Shown here: piece by piece, positions 23,258-37,220 of the stretch | Layout of the letters: each line of letters begins with the position of its first letter | Position numbering within the stretch: the first letter of the stretch is position 1 | NCBI GenBank assembly: GCA_030141605.1 | Contig: JAQGDQ010001088.1 | Location: 1-63,946 of the forward strand | Length of the DNA: 63,946 nt | Source of the DNA: Tubiluchus corallicola | Taxonomy: Eukaryota; Animalia; Priapulida | Direction of reading: 5' to 3' | The notes under the pieces: model-generated | The model's database searches: none | Told to the model about the DNA's origin: nothing | Seen by the model: the letters and a program-made list of their open reading frames with translations, nothing else | Translations under genes and position numbers: made by a program

Positions 23258-26200
23258 TTTCCTTGTGTACTCAAGGTACAGCCAGTCCTTCCTTAATTAG
23301 ATGATCACTGCAGCAACAATTTTTTTGTCTTTGAGGTTTCCAAATAAATACAAATCAATAATTCAATCATTCAAACAAAAAGACGTTAAACCGTTTCGCA
23401 AACCTTACATCCGGTTTTTGAGTTGGATTTCCGGTAGCGTACAGAATGACTTTTGCACGACCACTTCCATATTGTTGCTAGAGAAACGGTAGGGTACTAT
23501 TACAAAGAAGTAAATTACAAAACAATTTACTACATCAAAATATTGTTGATTAATAATACGTGTAATTGCAAGATTTAGCGTGGAAGCCTCGTACGTCTCG
23601 TAAATCCTGCATTCTTGGGTACACAATCAGAGCAGCTTGACTAAAATTTAATAGCCTGGAACTTTACCAAACTCCTACACGGCCAAAGCCGGCAAGCAAA
23701 CTGAAACTGTACATTGTGTGTTGAAAGATAGAGTGCTCAGTGTAGAGGCTAAGATGATCCAAGAATGCACCATTGATTAGCATTCAAAAAACGAACTTTT
23801 ACTAGAGGCATCTGCAAGCTTAGGTTGTAACTTGATTTTCAACCTTTCCCTCCTGCAATCTCTCATGAAACACCTCAAGATTATGAGCTGTGCGAAACAC
23901 TTGAGTTTCCATGCTAAATATTGTGGACACCCTATATTATCTATTAAGTCAGCAATGATTTAGTGAAATAAATTGTACTATACAATTAAAAAAGACCGAT
24001 AACTTTGATTTTTAATACTAAAGTTGGCGACTCTTACATAACACATTGTGAAAGTATGACAAACGTAATCATGTCAGGCTTTATTGCTGCGATCTGACCT
24101 GTGACCAGTGTCAGAGCGCAGATTAAACAATAGTATTACAATTCAGGGTAACGCAAGTCTGAGCCCAGGTAGAGAAAGTATTGTCGCTCACACAGTTTGT
24201 TGTTAGTTGTCACGTATTTACCATGAATAGAATTCAATAGATGTAGCTTGAACTGCGATGAATTTGGGCTATTAGAAAGCAAAAAACTTTTTTTTGTTAC
24301 GTCTGTATAGTCTTTCATGTGTTTGTCAGTTTAAAATTACAATATTCAAATTGCATATGTTTGTTTAGTTTTACACAGTATTAAAGCAATGGCTAAAAAT
24401 TTTCTGAAGCAGCACCTCCACTAATTTTAACTACAGCCACTGGTTTCCATATTGTTATGTACTTGCCAAGCTACAAGAAATTGTCAAGCAAAATGACATA
24501 AAAAGGTATTTCAATCAAATTTTATGCATTATGATAGATTTTGTGTAAAAGATCAAACATTGTTATCTTATGACCTCTCTGCAGAGTAGTATTTCGCAAT
24601 TTCTTGTAACAGCATAAAAGCTTGAGTTAAAAAATATATAAAACGATATGTATTTAGCTTGAGGCGGACAGGGTTTTTGTTAATTTGAAAGGGTTCAGTT
24701 CATGTTGTCACGCAAATCTCCCTGAATTCTGTTCCGATGACGCCATTACATGCGAAGAATTTATTGCAACAAAGTATTGCTCAATTAGTTGAGAATCTAT
24801 CATGCTTTCAATACTTTGCGTGGAAATCTTGTGCATCTGAGTCAATGTATTACTCAGAGAGCATGATGGAGGATCAAATTAAGATACTAGGGTCAAACTC
24901 ATGATCGTCTGACATAGTTTGCAGATGTTCACAAGCTCGCTATCGATTAATGGTATGTCCTTGGAACATCTTGCCTCCACTATACTATTCAATGTTCTGA
25001 GGGTGGGGTGGGTTTGAGGTCCAGGGAATTTTCGAACCATCCCGTTCCAATCTGCTGCAAATTATATGCCTCAAAATTGCAGGCTGTGCAAGACGTGTGA
25101 ATGTTGTACAAGATGAAAAAATAGTAACATAAAATTATGCGGCTTTTTCATGTTGTCTATTTGATGTCTTAAAATTTGTGAACTTTTATTAAGATTTTAA
25201 AAACGTAAAATTTGAAAAGAGTAGTGTAGTTTTTAGTTGAATGGAATGCTGTGCACCGACTTATCAAGGCTTTGGTTAAATAATTCATCAACATTCAACA
25301 ACGCTGAAGCAACGAACCCGAAAGTATAATCATTTTTATTAGAAATAGTGCTGATCAAAGGTGGCTAATTCTGTGGTGGTCAAGTTGAATGCTGTCCGAT
25401 GAGAAAGTGCGATCCTAAGCATTTACCAGTCCACTCTTGCAGCATTCATTTAGGCATATCATGTGTTGTTGTTATACGGATGTTGTTGCGTACGTTGGTT
25501 GGTAGAACTCTCGTCTATACTGTACAGAAATATCAACCATTGGCGATTAATATTGTATAACTTATAACTGAAAGGTTGTTCATACTTACCAGACGACCAA
25601 ACTCACCAACTGTTCACCTGCTGCCATGTTCAGTCTAAAGTTCACCTGTAGTTTTAGCGATTATTTCAAATGGCAGTGGCAATAAAATTTATCGTGCTAT
25701 AATTGTTATACACTCGTGAATTTTTCGGTCTAATCATATAGTTTTTATTGGGTATTTTCCCTTCAACGAAAAAAAACTGAAATCATAACTGCCAGTTTTT
25801 TAATAGTGATGCTTTAACGGGAGCACCTGTGTAATGTTGTAGTTTAAACAGCAATTACAAGTTGTGAAGTTTTCATGTTGACTGCCAACTGACAGAAGTC
25901 ATACAAGCTGCTAAGCACTCGTTGACTCGTACATTTTGCTAATAACCTATGACTAATAACAAAATTTTTGTTGAAGGGAATGACGTTGCATAATAAATTA
26001 TTTTTAATGATCGCAAGACATTCTAAAATAATTTTGCTGCATTATGAGCAGAAAGATCTAGAATTTTACTTTTTCAACGAGTTTGTGCGACGGTAGACCA
26101 GCATTCCGGTAACAATGTCTAATCTTTTACACAAACTTGATATCACGTACATATCCTTGAATGAAATTATTAAATCCGTTTTGAGATGATCAGATTTGCT

Positions 26201-26598
26201 AAACAATTTTTTTGTAATTGGATAAATATTAACAGTGAGGCCTAGCCAGCAAGGTGTGGCTTAAGTAGCGCCGATTGCCGATTTGTGTAGTTAGTATTAT
26301 TAAAACTCAACCGGTCCCAGTCCCCAGCCAGGGAGCCTGAGCTGGTACTACTGTACTGCTTGGCGATGTTCGTGGGAAAGAGCTTTGATAACATGAATCG
26401 ATATTTTCGAAAGAAGTCTCTTATTGCGCATGGATCCCGCTTTGCTGTGTTTAATTTGTTTATGTTGCTAATGTCTTTATTTTTACTTAAAAATTAAAGT
26501 ATTCGGCGCCAATAGAAAGTATAATATAGCTTCCTGAGCTCTTTCTCTTAAAGAATTAATATACGCAATTATTGTGGAAACAAGCCGTATTGAGAATC

Positions 26599-26643
26599 AT
26601 GACGGACTACGGAGGTGGTAATTTGATAGCATTTGATGATGAG
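26599..26643 (+). CDS. ARL6IP1: ARL6IP1 probable first coding exon (MTDYGGGNLIAFDDE)
   Basis: ATC ATG start and strong donor GAG|gtaagg. Phase 0 matches the exon at 55602. Head-to-head with UBE2S. Confidence 0.6.
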
Positions 26644-26853
26644 GTAAGGCATAGTGTGACAATACTGCTTATTGTGTTCTTAATTATATTTATAAAATAT
26701 AAAAGTCATATTGTAATAATATGTAATCGGTATGACATATTTGTAAAATTTGTGCTTTTGTATGATAGTGAATAGTTGACTGGGACAGACTGCCAACTAA
26801 GCATGATAAGGAGTACCTAAATTAGCAAAATTAGTCAAGTTTAAGCGGGCTTC

Positions 26854-27585
26854 GGCGCTATTACACTTTCGCACCGCCTAGCTTTTCCTGGCCTATTGGT
26901 TGTTTTCACGCCTGCAGGTCAGAAAGCAGACCAACAGGCGTAATATACACCATATTCCCATAATATTATTGCTTCTTACGCTTTATAAGTCCAGATTAAA
27001 ATCATGCATTACTTACCTACAGCCGCCATTAAAAGCTGCACGTGAATAACCGTGTTTACATCACTGATGCGCAATCGCTCTCGCGCAGTGACGTATTGGC
27101 CCTTAACCTGTATTTTTAGTTTCTTCGCATAATTTATGATTATTAGGGTTGCAGCTATGGGAGTTTGTATCGTATCGCGGGTGGGCCTGGAACGGAACAG
27201 TTATTTATCATTAATTTTATTTATTACTGTAGTATTATTACTATTAGATTATAAAAAAAGTAAAGGTTTTTTCTTTATTTCCTAAATGCGGTGAAGATGA
27301 AAGTGTGTCACGTGCCTTTTAAGCTAGGCCCTGATAATGCATAAACTAGTACGAAATTTGTCACGTGACTACACACACAAACAAGATGGCGATACGCCCT
27401 GTATAGGCGTAGAACTGTGAATACAGCGTAATTATTGGTAATTATACCTAAATATATTATTAAATTACAATTAGATTAGCGGAAACATTCACTGATGACG
27501 TAAAAATAATAGAATGATGACTTACGAGCCTAAAAACGAGTAATAACCTAGAAAAAGCTAGGCGGTGCGAAAGTGTAATAGCGCC
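26854..27585. mobile_element. MITE with GG...CC termini and an 8-bp TSD (Merlin-like)
   Basis: TIR GGCGCTATTACACTTTCGCACCGCCTAGCTTTT / AAAAGCTAGGCGGTGCGAAAGTGTAATAGCGCC. Perfect TSD CGGGCTTC at 26846-26853 and 27586-27593. Confidence 0.88.
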
Positions 27586-30122
27586 CGGGCTTCAAATATC
27601 GGACGTATTATAGGTTGAGCATGTTGACAGAAAAAAATGAACGCTTGTAACTGCTTGTAAACTGCATTCATAAACTGTGTCGTTCAGCATCGTTTTTCAC
27701 TGGTATTTGTCGAGAGCCCTCAATCTTTCTTTAAAAAATTGTAAGGACAGTGCAGTGCAGAAATAACATTCTAGTGAACAATCGATGGTGCAACTCTAAA
27801 AAATTTATCACTAGCTAATTGGTTGCTGCTGTTAAGATATTCAAAAGCTTCACATAAGTTAGCTATTTCTCTTGTATTTTTAAGGGAATGTATCTGAGGA
27901 TATATGGATGTGTAAGTTGGTTGCACTAAACAGTTTGAGCACCTATCTTGCACTTTTTGCAAACCTATCTTGCAAACTTTGTTAACAATGACTAAATAAT
28001 CACAAGAATTGTGACAGTGAATTAAAAATCTCACATTTAAAACACAAGAAAAAAGAAAGAAGGAGTACAGGGTTTGAACTTCCACTGTAGTTCTTCCTCG
28101 GGTAAACCGAAAAAAACAAAAAAGAGAAAAATCACAAAGAATTATTAGAAAGACTAGGCTAATTTTTTGGAAGTTTTTATTTATATTATTAACACATAAA
28201 AAGGAGATCACGCTATAAAGGATATCTACAAGCTTGAAGAGACAGCAGGGCAGTAGAAGAACACAGGAAAAAATACAGAAGTATCATGTCACTAGCCTTG
28301 AGGTTACGGTAACTGTAGGCTGCCATCAAAAGGTGCACAGCAAAGAATGAAAAAAATATTATAGTGGTTACATAAACAGATGACAGTGATGATTAATGAC
28401 GGTGATGGTGACAGTGATAGTACGAAGATACAGTTTATTGTACACTATAATCAGGCATTCCTTTTTGCCTTAACTTTACCCTCTCTTCAGCTTTAAGCTA
28501 CCCTCTACAGTTATATAAGAAAGGTGTGGCTCGTACATATCATGTGTAGTGCTAAACTTTATTCTGGCTTATGATTAGCAAAAAATCTCTTGATCAAACC
28601 TATACGTACTGTTACAGTTTTGCTGTATTTATGCTTCCACTAAGCCGCTTAGCTGTCAGATGTGCATTGTGAAACAGTAACTATGTGCTTTTGTTTACGC
28701 CCATGAATGGAACATAAGCGAAACTGTAACTTGTGTATAATGACAAAAGTCGCTTCATCAACCCTATCAGTCTATTTGCCTTCTTAACATTTTAGTTGTA
28801 TTCATGCGCTGAAGCAATATTCAAACAGAATTTGCAATAGCCTGTTGCATATGTATCAACAACTTGGTAAAAAACTAAGAAAAACATCAAACTTGGAATG
28901 ATGGCATACCTTAGGACAACTGGTAATAATTTTTTTAAAACGAATTCCACGCTGTTATATCCTTGCATGCTTTTTCTCATTTTCTTCACGCTGTCCCTAG
29001 CTGAGTGGCAATTACAAAAAGTCGTAATACTCAATGCACAAATGAACTGAAAGCTTCTTGTCCTCTTGGCTATCATTGATCACTTGCCAAAGTGTGAAAA
29101 TTTGTCTTCAGTTGACGTGGTTGAAATTTCAGATTACTTTCATTTAAAGTGAAGACAAAAATCTTCATTGTGTGTATGCCAAATACACAATCATTCATTG
29201 CTGAACCTCTTGCCTTTACTTCCTAAAGGTGGCATACTTGTGAATATAGTTTTGTCCTACACATCTCTAATGATTGCTTTGTCTATTTTGAAAACTTTAG
29301 ATTTGATTTAATGTTCTTCATTTGTTTGAAGTACGTGATACTAGTGAAATAAAGACACAGTTGTCGAAAGTTTTACACTATGTAGAAAAAATATTAAGCA
29401 ATCTGCACCAACAGATATATAATTTTACATACTTCTTTTAATATGTAAAGCATGTACGCATAGCATTGATATTTTTTCTTAAAATCCAATTTGTAAGGTA
29501 TTGTGGCTTGATATGTGTTTAAAATTATCATTACTTTGGACATATAACTTTGCTGTTTGCACCACTGTTGAGCTGTCATAAAGGTGGAGGTATAATTCGT
29601 TAAACTTTGAATAATATTTTTTCATGCCAGTTTTCTCTGATAAAGCAAGTGTAATATTTATTTTACTTGAGGCTGTAGCTTGACTATTTTGTCACTGGAA
29701 AGTCACACGCCTTTCGTATTTTGTGCATAATGTTCTTTTTCTTAATTAGCGTCTATGCGTATGATATCAAGTGCTGTGTTATTTTTTACCAGTCATGCTT
29801 GCCTTCAACGCCAAAATCTTGTTTAGTGATTGGTGATTTTCAATCAAATATTTACAGATCTGCTGCCTCGGTAACCTAGATCTTGTGTCTAATCATAAAT
29901 AAACAAAACTTTATGCCTACTAAAGAAGCATAACTAAGCATACTTTGCTGCATAATAATTGCACAGGCTATCTTGTAGTATATTCTGAATAATATTTACA
30001 CAGTTACACCATGTCAGAGAAAAAGAACCTGCTATGGCTGCCTTAAACCGCTAGACAATCCATTTGCATGCAGGATTCCAGCTATTTCTCGTCATTTAAG
30101 ACACCCAGTATTATATCTGCGA

Positions 30123-30223
30123 ATGTTGAGTCAGCAGGCCTAAATTATGTTGAGTCAGCAGGTCTAAATTATGTTGATTCAGCAGGCCTAAATTATGTTG
30201 AGTCAGCAGGCCTAAATTATGTT
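30123..30223 (+). repeat. 24-bp tandem repeat x4
   Basis: Unit GTTGAGTCAGCAGGCCTAAATTAT. Confidence 0.9.
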
Positions 30224-30619
30224 TATTCTACAGCTAAATTATGTGGGGAGAAGCTTTTTGTGAGTTATCTATACATGTGATGTGAGTACACATATTTTAT
30301 ACTTTAGTTTGTATGCCTAATCAATTGTACACGACACAAATATTTAGCATCTGACTCTATAGGTTCATAAATCTTGAATGTTGACCATGGACTTAGTGAT
30401 TTTGACACTTGGGTAACTGTCCAATGTCCACCGTGCTGGATGCATTAGATAAATCCCCAACAACATCACCTGCCTGTTTCTTATATGAACAATTATGGCA
30501 GCTCAAAATGACTGTTGCTCTTTATTTATTAAAATTATCAGTTGCATAAAATGGAAATAATAAAATTACAAAACTCGCAACTTTGTCAAAATCAACTTCT
30601 GTGTTATTTTTGGTTTCAG

Positions 30620-30771
30620 CAAACAGATAAACATCTGTTTGCTTACCCATATGTATGTTTGTATATGTATATCTATCTATCTATCTATCTATATATATAT
30701 ATATATAGATAGATATATAGATATATATACATGCATACATATGGGTAAGCAAACAGATGCTTATGTGTTTG
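30620..30771. repeat. Short palindromic element with a (TA)/(TATC) microsatellite loop
   Basis: CATCTGTTTGCTTACCCATATGTATG pairs with CATACATATGGGTAAGCAAACAGATG. Confidence 0.8.
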
Positions 30772-32784
30772 TTACATTGTATATATACTCATATTTCTAG
30801 ATAAATTATATTATACAAAAATAATTTTCCACATTATATTTATATATATGTGCATATGTGTGTGTTTACTTACTTTGGAAAATGGATTTTCTTTGCTGTT
30901 TTACCTGTGCCATTTTTTTGCAATTTCATAAAGTAGTATTTCCTGTGTTGGCTATTTATTTGATAATTTTGCCCTTAGATCACAATGATAATAGTGAATT
31001 GTTTAGGTGTTTCTCTTTGATAAATTAAATTTTGTCGACATTTAAGCAATACATTATTCTATGACATAGAGTTGCTGAATGTTATCACAACTCCTGTACG
31101 TATGTCGCCATATGTTTTCCTTTCCCGACGGAAGATGGCAGCACATGGTTGTGCGCTCGCTTGCGATGCACCTCAACTCAAATGAAACAGGCAGGCGTTT
31201 CATACTAAATAACAGTGGTAGCGGTCATCAAATTACTTTTGTATGAAGAAAGACTGTAAATGCTTTGTTTTAAAAAGCATAATTCTATGTCAGAAAGGCT
31301 AGTGCTCAACGAAATGATGTTGTCTTTAAACAGAAAAATATTTATTTTGTATGTGGTGATATAGAATAGGTTTACTAATTCTATTTTATTGGAATGACTG
31401 AAATTGAACGCCATTTCCGCTAGCAGCAAAAAGAAACATTTTTCCAAGGAAAAATGATATTTACTTGTCATACATTCTGTCAAGATACCACGCATAGGTA
31501 ATGTGGAAGTTTGTACATATTGTTTTATGCGCCCTTGTTTCGTGTTTAATGTTTTTCATAATTTCCGTAGTTAACTCTTTAGTCTCCTAATCGAGGAGCT
31601 TGTTAGTTCCTCGATTCGTCAATTCTTTGGTAAAAGTATCGGGTCCTTTTTTAACTATTTCTCAGCCCAGTGGCCTCTTTGATTTTCCACCCCGCTGTTC
31701 ATTAATTAAACAGCTTAGACTCATTGGTTTCTCAACCTATTGGTCACTTAACTTTTTGGTTTCTCAGCCAATTGGTCATTCTGCTCGTTGGTTTCTCAAC
31801 AGGTGGGCTATTAAAGCTCAAGTTGTTTAGGTCAAGGGCTCAGCAGGCCGAAAAGCGGGCTTGCTGTAGGATGAGGGACATTTTCAACCATTTGGTCAGT
31901 GTAACCTGTCCAGTATTGTACATCTGGTTCAACTTCATCATTTATAAATTATGCCTAGTAAACAAACTTTAAAGTGACCGCATTATCAGCTACTGTGACG
32001 AACTAAAATTCTGAAAGTCATTGAAAGACTGTTAAGGATATCAGGTAGCCAAATGCAGAACAAATGCTTTCTTTTTTGTTAAAATAACAGGTTGTGTCAT
32101 TCAAGCCGTTTTTAGTGTGTTTATTTACAAGAAACGTAAGGCCACTAACTAATGACAAGATTGCGTATTAAAATGCACTTGATGGGGGTGTTGCGCTGCT
32201 TGTGCATGCCCTGCGCCGACCTCCCCCCAATTAACATTCTCTGTCTCAAACGGGAAGCAGCATTTGGCTGGAGGGCTAATAAAGTTCGTGTCTGGATCCT
32301 GTTAAGGTCTCTTATTTTTCCTGTATTCGGTTACCATGACTGCTGGACTAGCGGCGTGATTTTCACGAATAAATTCAACTTGTTGAACTATTTCCAATGT
32401 TGTCTGTTTATCAGCTAGTGAGATCATGAATTACAACACGTTGCTTTTGGTTTACGTTTAGTTTTGTGTTTGTCTTATTTTTAAACTTGCTGATTTAGTG
32501 TTCGGATAAAAACAGTTGCATCGTCTGTTACCCCCACGGTTTATGAGCTGTGGTTTGTTGTGTTTGTGGAAATCCGATGTAATCTAGTTGCTATTTGGAG
32601 GTCCGCGGCTTGTTTTAATAACACTGGTCTACCAGCAGAGTGAGTGAAGTGGAAAACATTCATAGCGGCTTCCGTTTTCAAGTCTGGGAGAGGTGCATGC
32701 AGATTAGAATAGAATTATTTATCTTAGCGCTGAAGAAGACTCACCAACATATGAGTCTTGGTTGTTTTGCGGTTAATTTACTTG

Positions 32785-33208
32785 ACTGAATGCCCATCGA
32801 GTTTGTGACGCAGCTTTACTGAACGTCCATCGAGTTTGTGACACAGCTTTATTGAATCTCCATCTAGTTTGTGACACAGCTTTATTGAATGTCCATCCAG
32901 TCGGTGACACAGCTTTATTGAATGTCCATCTAGTTTGTGACACAGCTTTACTGAATGTCCATCGAGTTTGTGACACAGCTTTATTGAATGTCCATCCAGT
33001 CGGTGACACAGCTTTATTGAATGTCCATCGAGTTTGTGACACAGCTTTATTGAATGTCCATGCAGTCGGTGACACAGCTTTATTGAATGCCCATCGAGTT
33101 TGTGACACAGCTTTATTGAATGTCCATCCAGTCGGTGACACAGCTTTATAGAATGTCCATCGAGTTTGTGACACAGCTTTATTGAATGTCCATCGAGTTT
33201 GTGACACA
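32785..33208 (+). repeat. 33-bp minisatellite (~13 copies)
   Basis: Unit GTGACACAGCTTTATTGAATGTCCATCGAGTTT. Confidence 0.95.
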
Positions 33209-33379
33209 ATGATTGCTAATAACTGCTTTAGTTAGTATTTAAAAATTCGTTACTTTCAAAGAGTGTTTACTTTAATACTTATCATCACTAGTGCCTAATC
33301 GTGGTGGTACATCTGTCCTCTGTTTTTTTGATGAGTCTTGTTTCTGAAGGAATGTCTTTTCTCTTTTGAATCAACCTTT

Positions 33380-33622
33380 GCTGTTGGCACCGTCCGGAGC
33401 TTGGACCAAGAAGCATATAGCAGCTACGAGGTTTCGACATTTGACACGTGTTACCTCTACTGTTGGCACCGTCCGGAGCTTGGACCAAGAAGCATATCTG
33501 TACAGCAGCTACGAGGTTTCGACATTTGGCACGTGTTACCTCTGCTGTTATCACCATCCGGAGCTTGGACCAAGAAGCATATCTGTACAGCAGCTACGAG
33601 GTTTCGACAGTTGGCACGTGTT
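33380..33622 (+). repeat. ~80-85-bp tandem repeat x3
   Basis: CCGGAGCTTGGACCAAGAAGCATAT...CAGCTACGAGGTTTCGACA occurs three times. Confidence 0.9.
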
Positions 33623-33764
33623 TATACGTCCAAGAAGCGACTGTTATCGTAAGACGAGAGGCTGACAGCTGAAGATAAGTTCGCCTGCCCTGAATGTTCT
33701 GGGGCTTCCCCCAATCAAAACCAATCATTGCAAATTGGAAGTGGTAACAGTGAGGAGGGACCAC

Positions 33765-34346
33765 ATGTTACGAGCTGACGAAGAGCAAGCCGCCGCCGCT
33801 TCCGGTTACGATGAAGATGATTCCAGTTTGTACAGTTACGGTGCAGATACTGAGGCGGACGTTGACGATCTGCAAGCCATAAGTGATTCGTATGTTGAAT
33901 TACGACGATCTTTGTGTGACAGTCTCACTGATCTGATTGATATACAGGCGGACAAACCCTACTTTACGTGGGACGACTTCCAGCATTGGAGGGATGAAAC
34001 GCAAGACAGTACATTGGATGCGTTCAAGAAGGAGTTTCATACCAGCTTGAGTGATTTATTAACTTATGAGGTGGAAAATGTAAAGGACCCGTGCGGGACC
34101 ACAGTGAACGATAGTACTGAAGACACTGCTGGTGGTGCTAGTTGTTGTGATAGTGGTGTCGATACTGTTGATGGCTGCAGCGGTGACAACGACGGCAGTG
34201 CTTTGACTAAGCATATCAATAAACTGGATGTGGACAAAGTGAGAACGGAGATGTGGAATGATCTGGCTGAAATCATCGGGGAGGAGCAGGCGAGGATGCT
34301 CCGGTGGGCATGCGAGGAAAGTAAAGACACTACTTTAGGCCTAGAG
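33765..34346 (+). CDS. Candidate acidic coding exon A (alternative ARL6IP1 N-terminus or a nested gene)
   Basis: 194-codon, GC-elevated, Asp/Glu-rich, non-repetitive ORF from an ATG to a phase-0 donor GAG|gtaatg. Confidence 0.6.
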
Positions 34347-35061
34347 GTAATGAGTAATTGTATATCTCTTATTATTATCATCGTTAGTTCAGTTAAAATG
34401 ATTGCTGGACAGACCTTTAGGCCTACAGGTAATGAGTAATTGTATATCTCATGTTATTATCATCGTTAGTTTAGTTAAAATTATTGCTGGACAGTGCTTT
34501 AGGTCTACAGGTGATGAGTAATTGTATATCTCTCATTATTATCATCGTTAGTTTAGTTAAAGTTATTGCTGGACAGTGCTTTAGGCCTACAGGTGATGAG
34601 TAATTGTATATCTCTCATTATTATCATCGTTAGTTTAGTTAAAATGATTGCTGGACAGTCCTTTAGGCCTACATGTAATGAGTAATTGTATATCTCTCAT
34701 TATTATCATCGTTAGTTTAGTTAAAATTATTGCTGGACACTGCTTTAGGCCTACAGGTAATGAGTAATTGTATATCTCTCATTATTATCATCGTTAGTTT
34801 AGTTAAAATTATTGCTGGACAGTGCTTTAGGCCTACAGGTGATGAGTAATTGTATATCTCTCATTATTATCATCGTTAGTTTAGTTAAAGTTATTGCTGG
34901 ACAGTGCTTTAGGCCTACAGGTGATGAGTAATTGTATATCTCTCATTATTATCATCGTTAGTTTAGTTAAAATTATTGCTGGACAGTGCTTTAGGCCTAC
35001 AGGTGATGAGTAATATTATATCTCTCATAATTATCATCGTTAGTTTAGTTAAAATTATTGC
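34334..35061 (+). repeat. 82-bp minisatellite (~9 copies) starting at the exon A donor
   Basis: Unit TTAGGCCTACAGGT(A/G)ATGAGTAATTG...GGACAGTGCT, with 82-bp spacing (34581 to 34663). Confidence 0.95.
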
Positions 35062-35808
35062 TTCATTATCATATCTATGGCTAAGCAAAGATATCAAGTT
35101 TTTACTCTTTTTATCAGTCATTAATTTTATTCAATGTGCACTCATACTTTGATTTACTGTCATTATGTGTACAGCATTCAAATGTTTTTCATATAAACGC
35201 ATTTATTATTTTGTTTGAACAGTCTGTTCACACTGAAAAAGCTCCCTCTCCGTTGGCCCGACATATTTTTAATAAATTTAATGTAACTATGAAAACCTAT
35301 TTAATATTATCTAAGTAATTTGTTACCACTGTGGCAAAATTTATTTACTTATTACCTGTAAGAAAAAACAAGAACTGTTAATGTACTGTATTTCTCTTAG
35401 TGTTTGAAAATATGTAGTAGTTAACCAAGTATTATACACTCTTTAGAAGTATTGCCTCTTTCTCTGAAGAAATAGGTCACCCTAAAGAATGTAATACGTG
35501 GTGCAATAGTATTAGTCTATGTATATGATTTAGAATACATTTATTTGTTACTAATGTGGCAAAATTTATTTACTTATTACCTGTATGAAAAAACAAGAAC
35601 TGTTAATGAACGATTTCGCTTAATGTTTAATGATAGTAGTTAAGCAAGCATTGTGTGCTGTTTAGAAATATTACCTCTCTCTCTCTGTAAAGAAATACAT
35701 GACTCTAAGGAAGTGTAATACGCAGTACAATAGTATGAGGTTAGGTGCTTCATTAAAAATACGGCCTGCTTGATTTTTTTAAATGAACTAGTCATAATAA
35801 AAATGACA

Positions 35809-36956
35809 TTAATGAAGCTAAATAATTACCTTAAATATTTCTGTGGCGACTACACGCCGCCCCAATGACTAATGACCATTGGCAATCAATAACTTGTTTA
35901 CTGTACAACTAAATAAGCAGTTAACTGTTACATACACAGTGTATTAACGCCATTTGCATTGTGTCAGAATGAGTTAATGCAAATAAAAGTGATGTTTTCT
36001 CCCTTTAATGCCTGAAGATCACGGTTTCAAAATAGAACAAAACAGAAATATATAAGAACAAAACTAAGTGCATTACCAAAAGCAGACCAACTGTCAATAA
36101 AAGACGTGTATGATTAAGCTGGTATTTTAACCATCTTTCCAGTTACTAAGGATAAATAACGATCACGGTAAAAACTGCATACGCGTCCATATTCTGCATT
36201 AACTTTCTGTAATATGCTTATCTGTCGAAGGCTGTGTAATTAATTTCATACTAGCATTTTTCTTTGTATTGTGGAATCATTGGTAAGCCTAGTAATTTTC
36301 TCATTTATGTAATTGATGTGTACATTTTAAATACGTTTATTACTCATCCGATTGATACTAAAAGAAAAGTGACAGATAGTAAAAGATTGCGACAGAAAGA
36401 AGCTATTTCGTTCAGCAGTTGTAGGTTTCTAAGCTAAAAAGGGCAGGTTACGTACCCTCGGTGGTATTTGCCAACTATGGAAACCTACCGAGAGAGTATT
36501 GCGAGGTTCAGAAGCAGTTAAGGACATCTTACATTCTTAGCAGTATAGGTATAGACATTTTTACTATTGTACCACCGTTTTAAGCAGCCATTGTTTACAC
36601 CTAAGTCACCTAAGTTTATTAATTGAAAAGATAGTTAAAATACCAGCTTAATCATACATGTCTTTTATTGACAGTTGGTCTGCTTTTGGTAATGCACTTA
36701 GTTTTATTCTTATATATTTCTGTTTTGTTCTATTTTGAAACCGTAATCTTCAGGCATTAAAGGGAGAAAACATCAATTTTATTTGCATTAACTCATTCTG
36801 ACACAATGCAAATGGCGTTAGTACACTGTGTATGTAACAGTTAACTGCTTATTTAGTTGAACAGTAAACGAGTTATTGATTGCCAATGGTCATTAGTCAT
36901 TGGGGCGGCGTGTAGTCGCCACAGAAATGTTTAAGGTAATCATTTGGCTTCATTAA
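35809..36956. mobile_element. Non-autonomous element with ~330-bp TIRs and TTAA at both ends
   Basis: 35809-~36138 is the near-perfect reverse complement of ~36627-36956, e.g. TGTGGCGACTACACGCCGCCCCAATGAC. Confidence 0.85.
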
Positions 36957-37220
36957 TTGGATTGTTGAAGCATTAGACCTTGCTGCTGCTTGCGCACAGA
37001 AGTTACGCGGACATACATCTACGGTGTTTTCAACCGCCCGCACATCTGAGTTATTGCCATTCTTCTGTGTCTAAGCGTGGTTGATCCGTTTAGGCAATAA
37101 TTTATACCACTGCTCCACTTTAGTAAAACTGCAGCATCAGCAGGCAAGGCAGAATTTCAACAGCAGACAATTATTGATCTGTGGACTGTGTGCATTCAAC
37201 TGGCTTCATTGTGTGTCAGT

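Noticed and set aside
32773-33672. Repetitive ORFs (KAVSQTRWTFN; GAWTKKH)
   Set aside because: Products of the 33-bp and ~82-bp tandem repeats, open on both strands, with no coding evidence.
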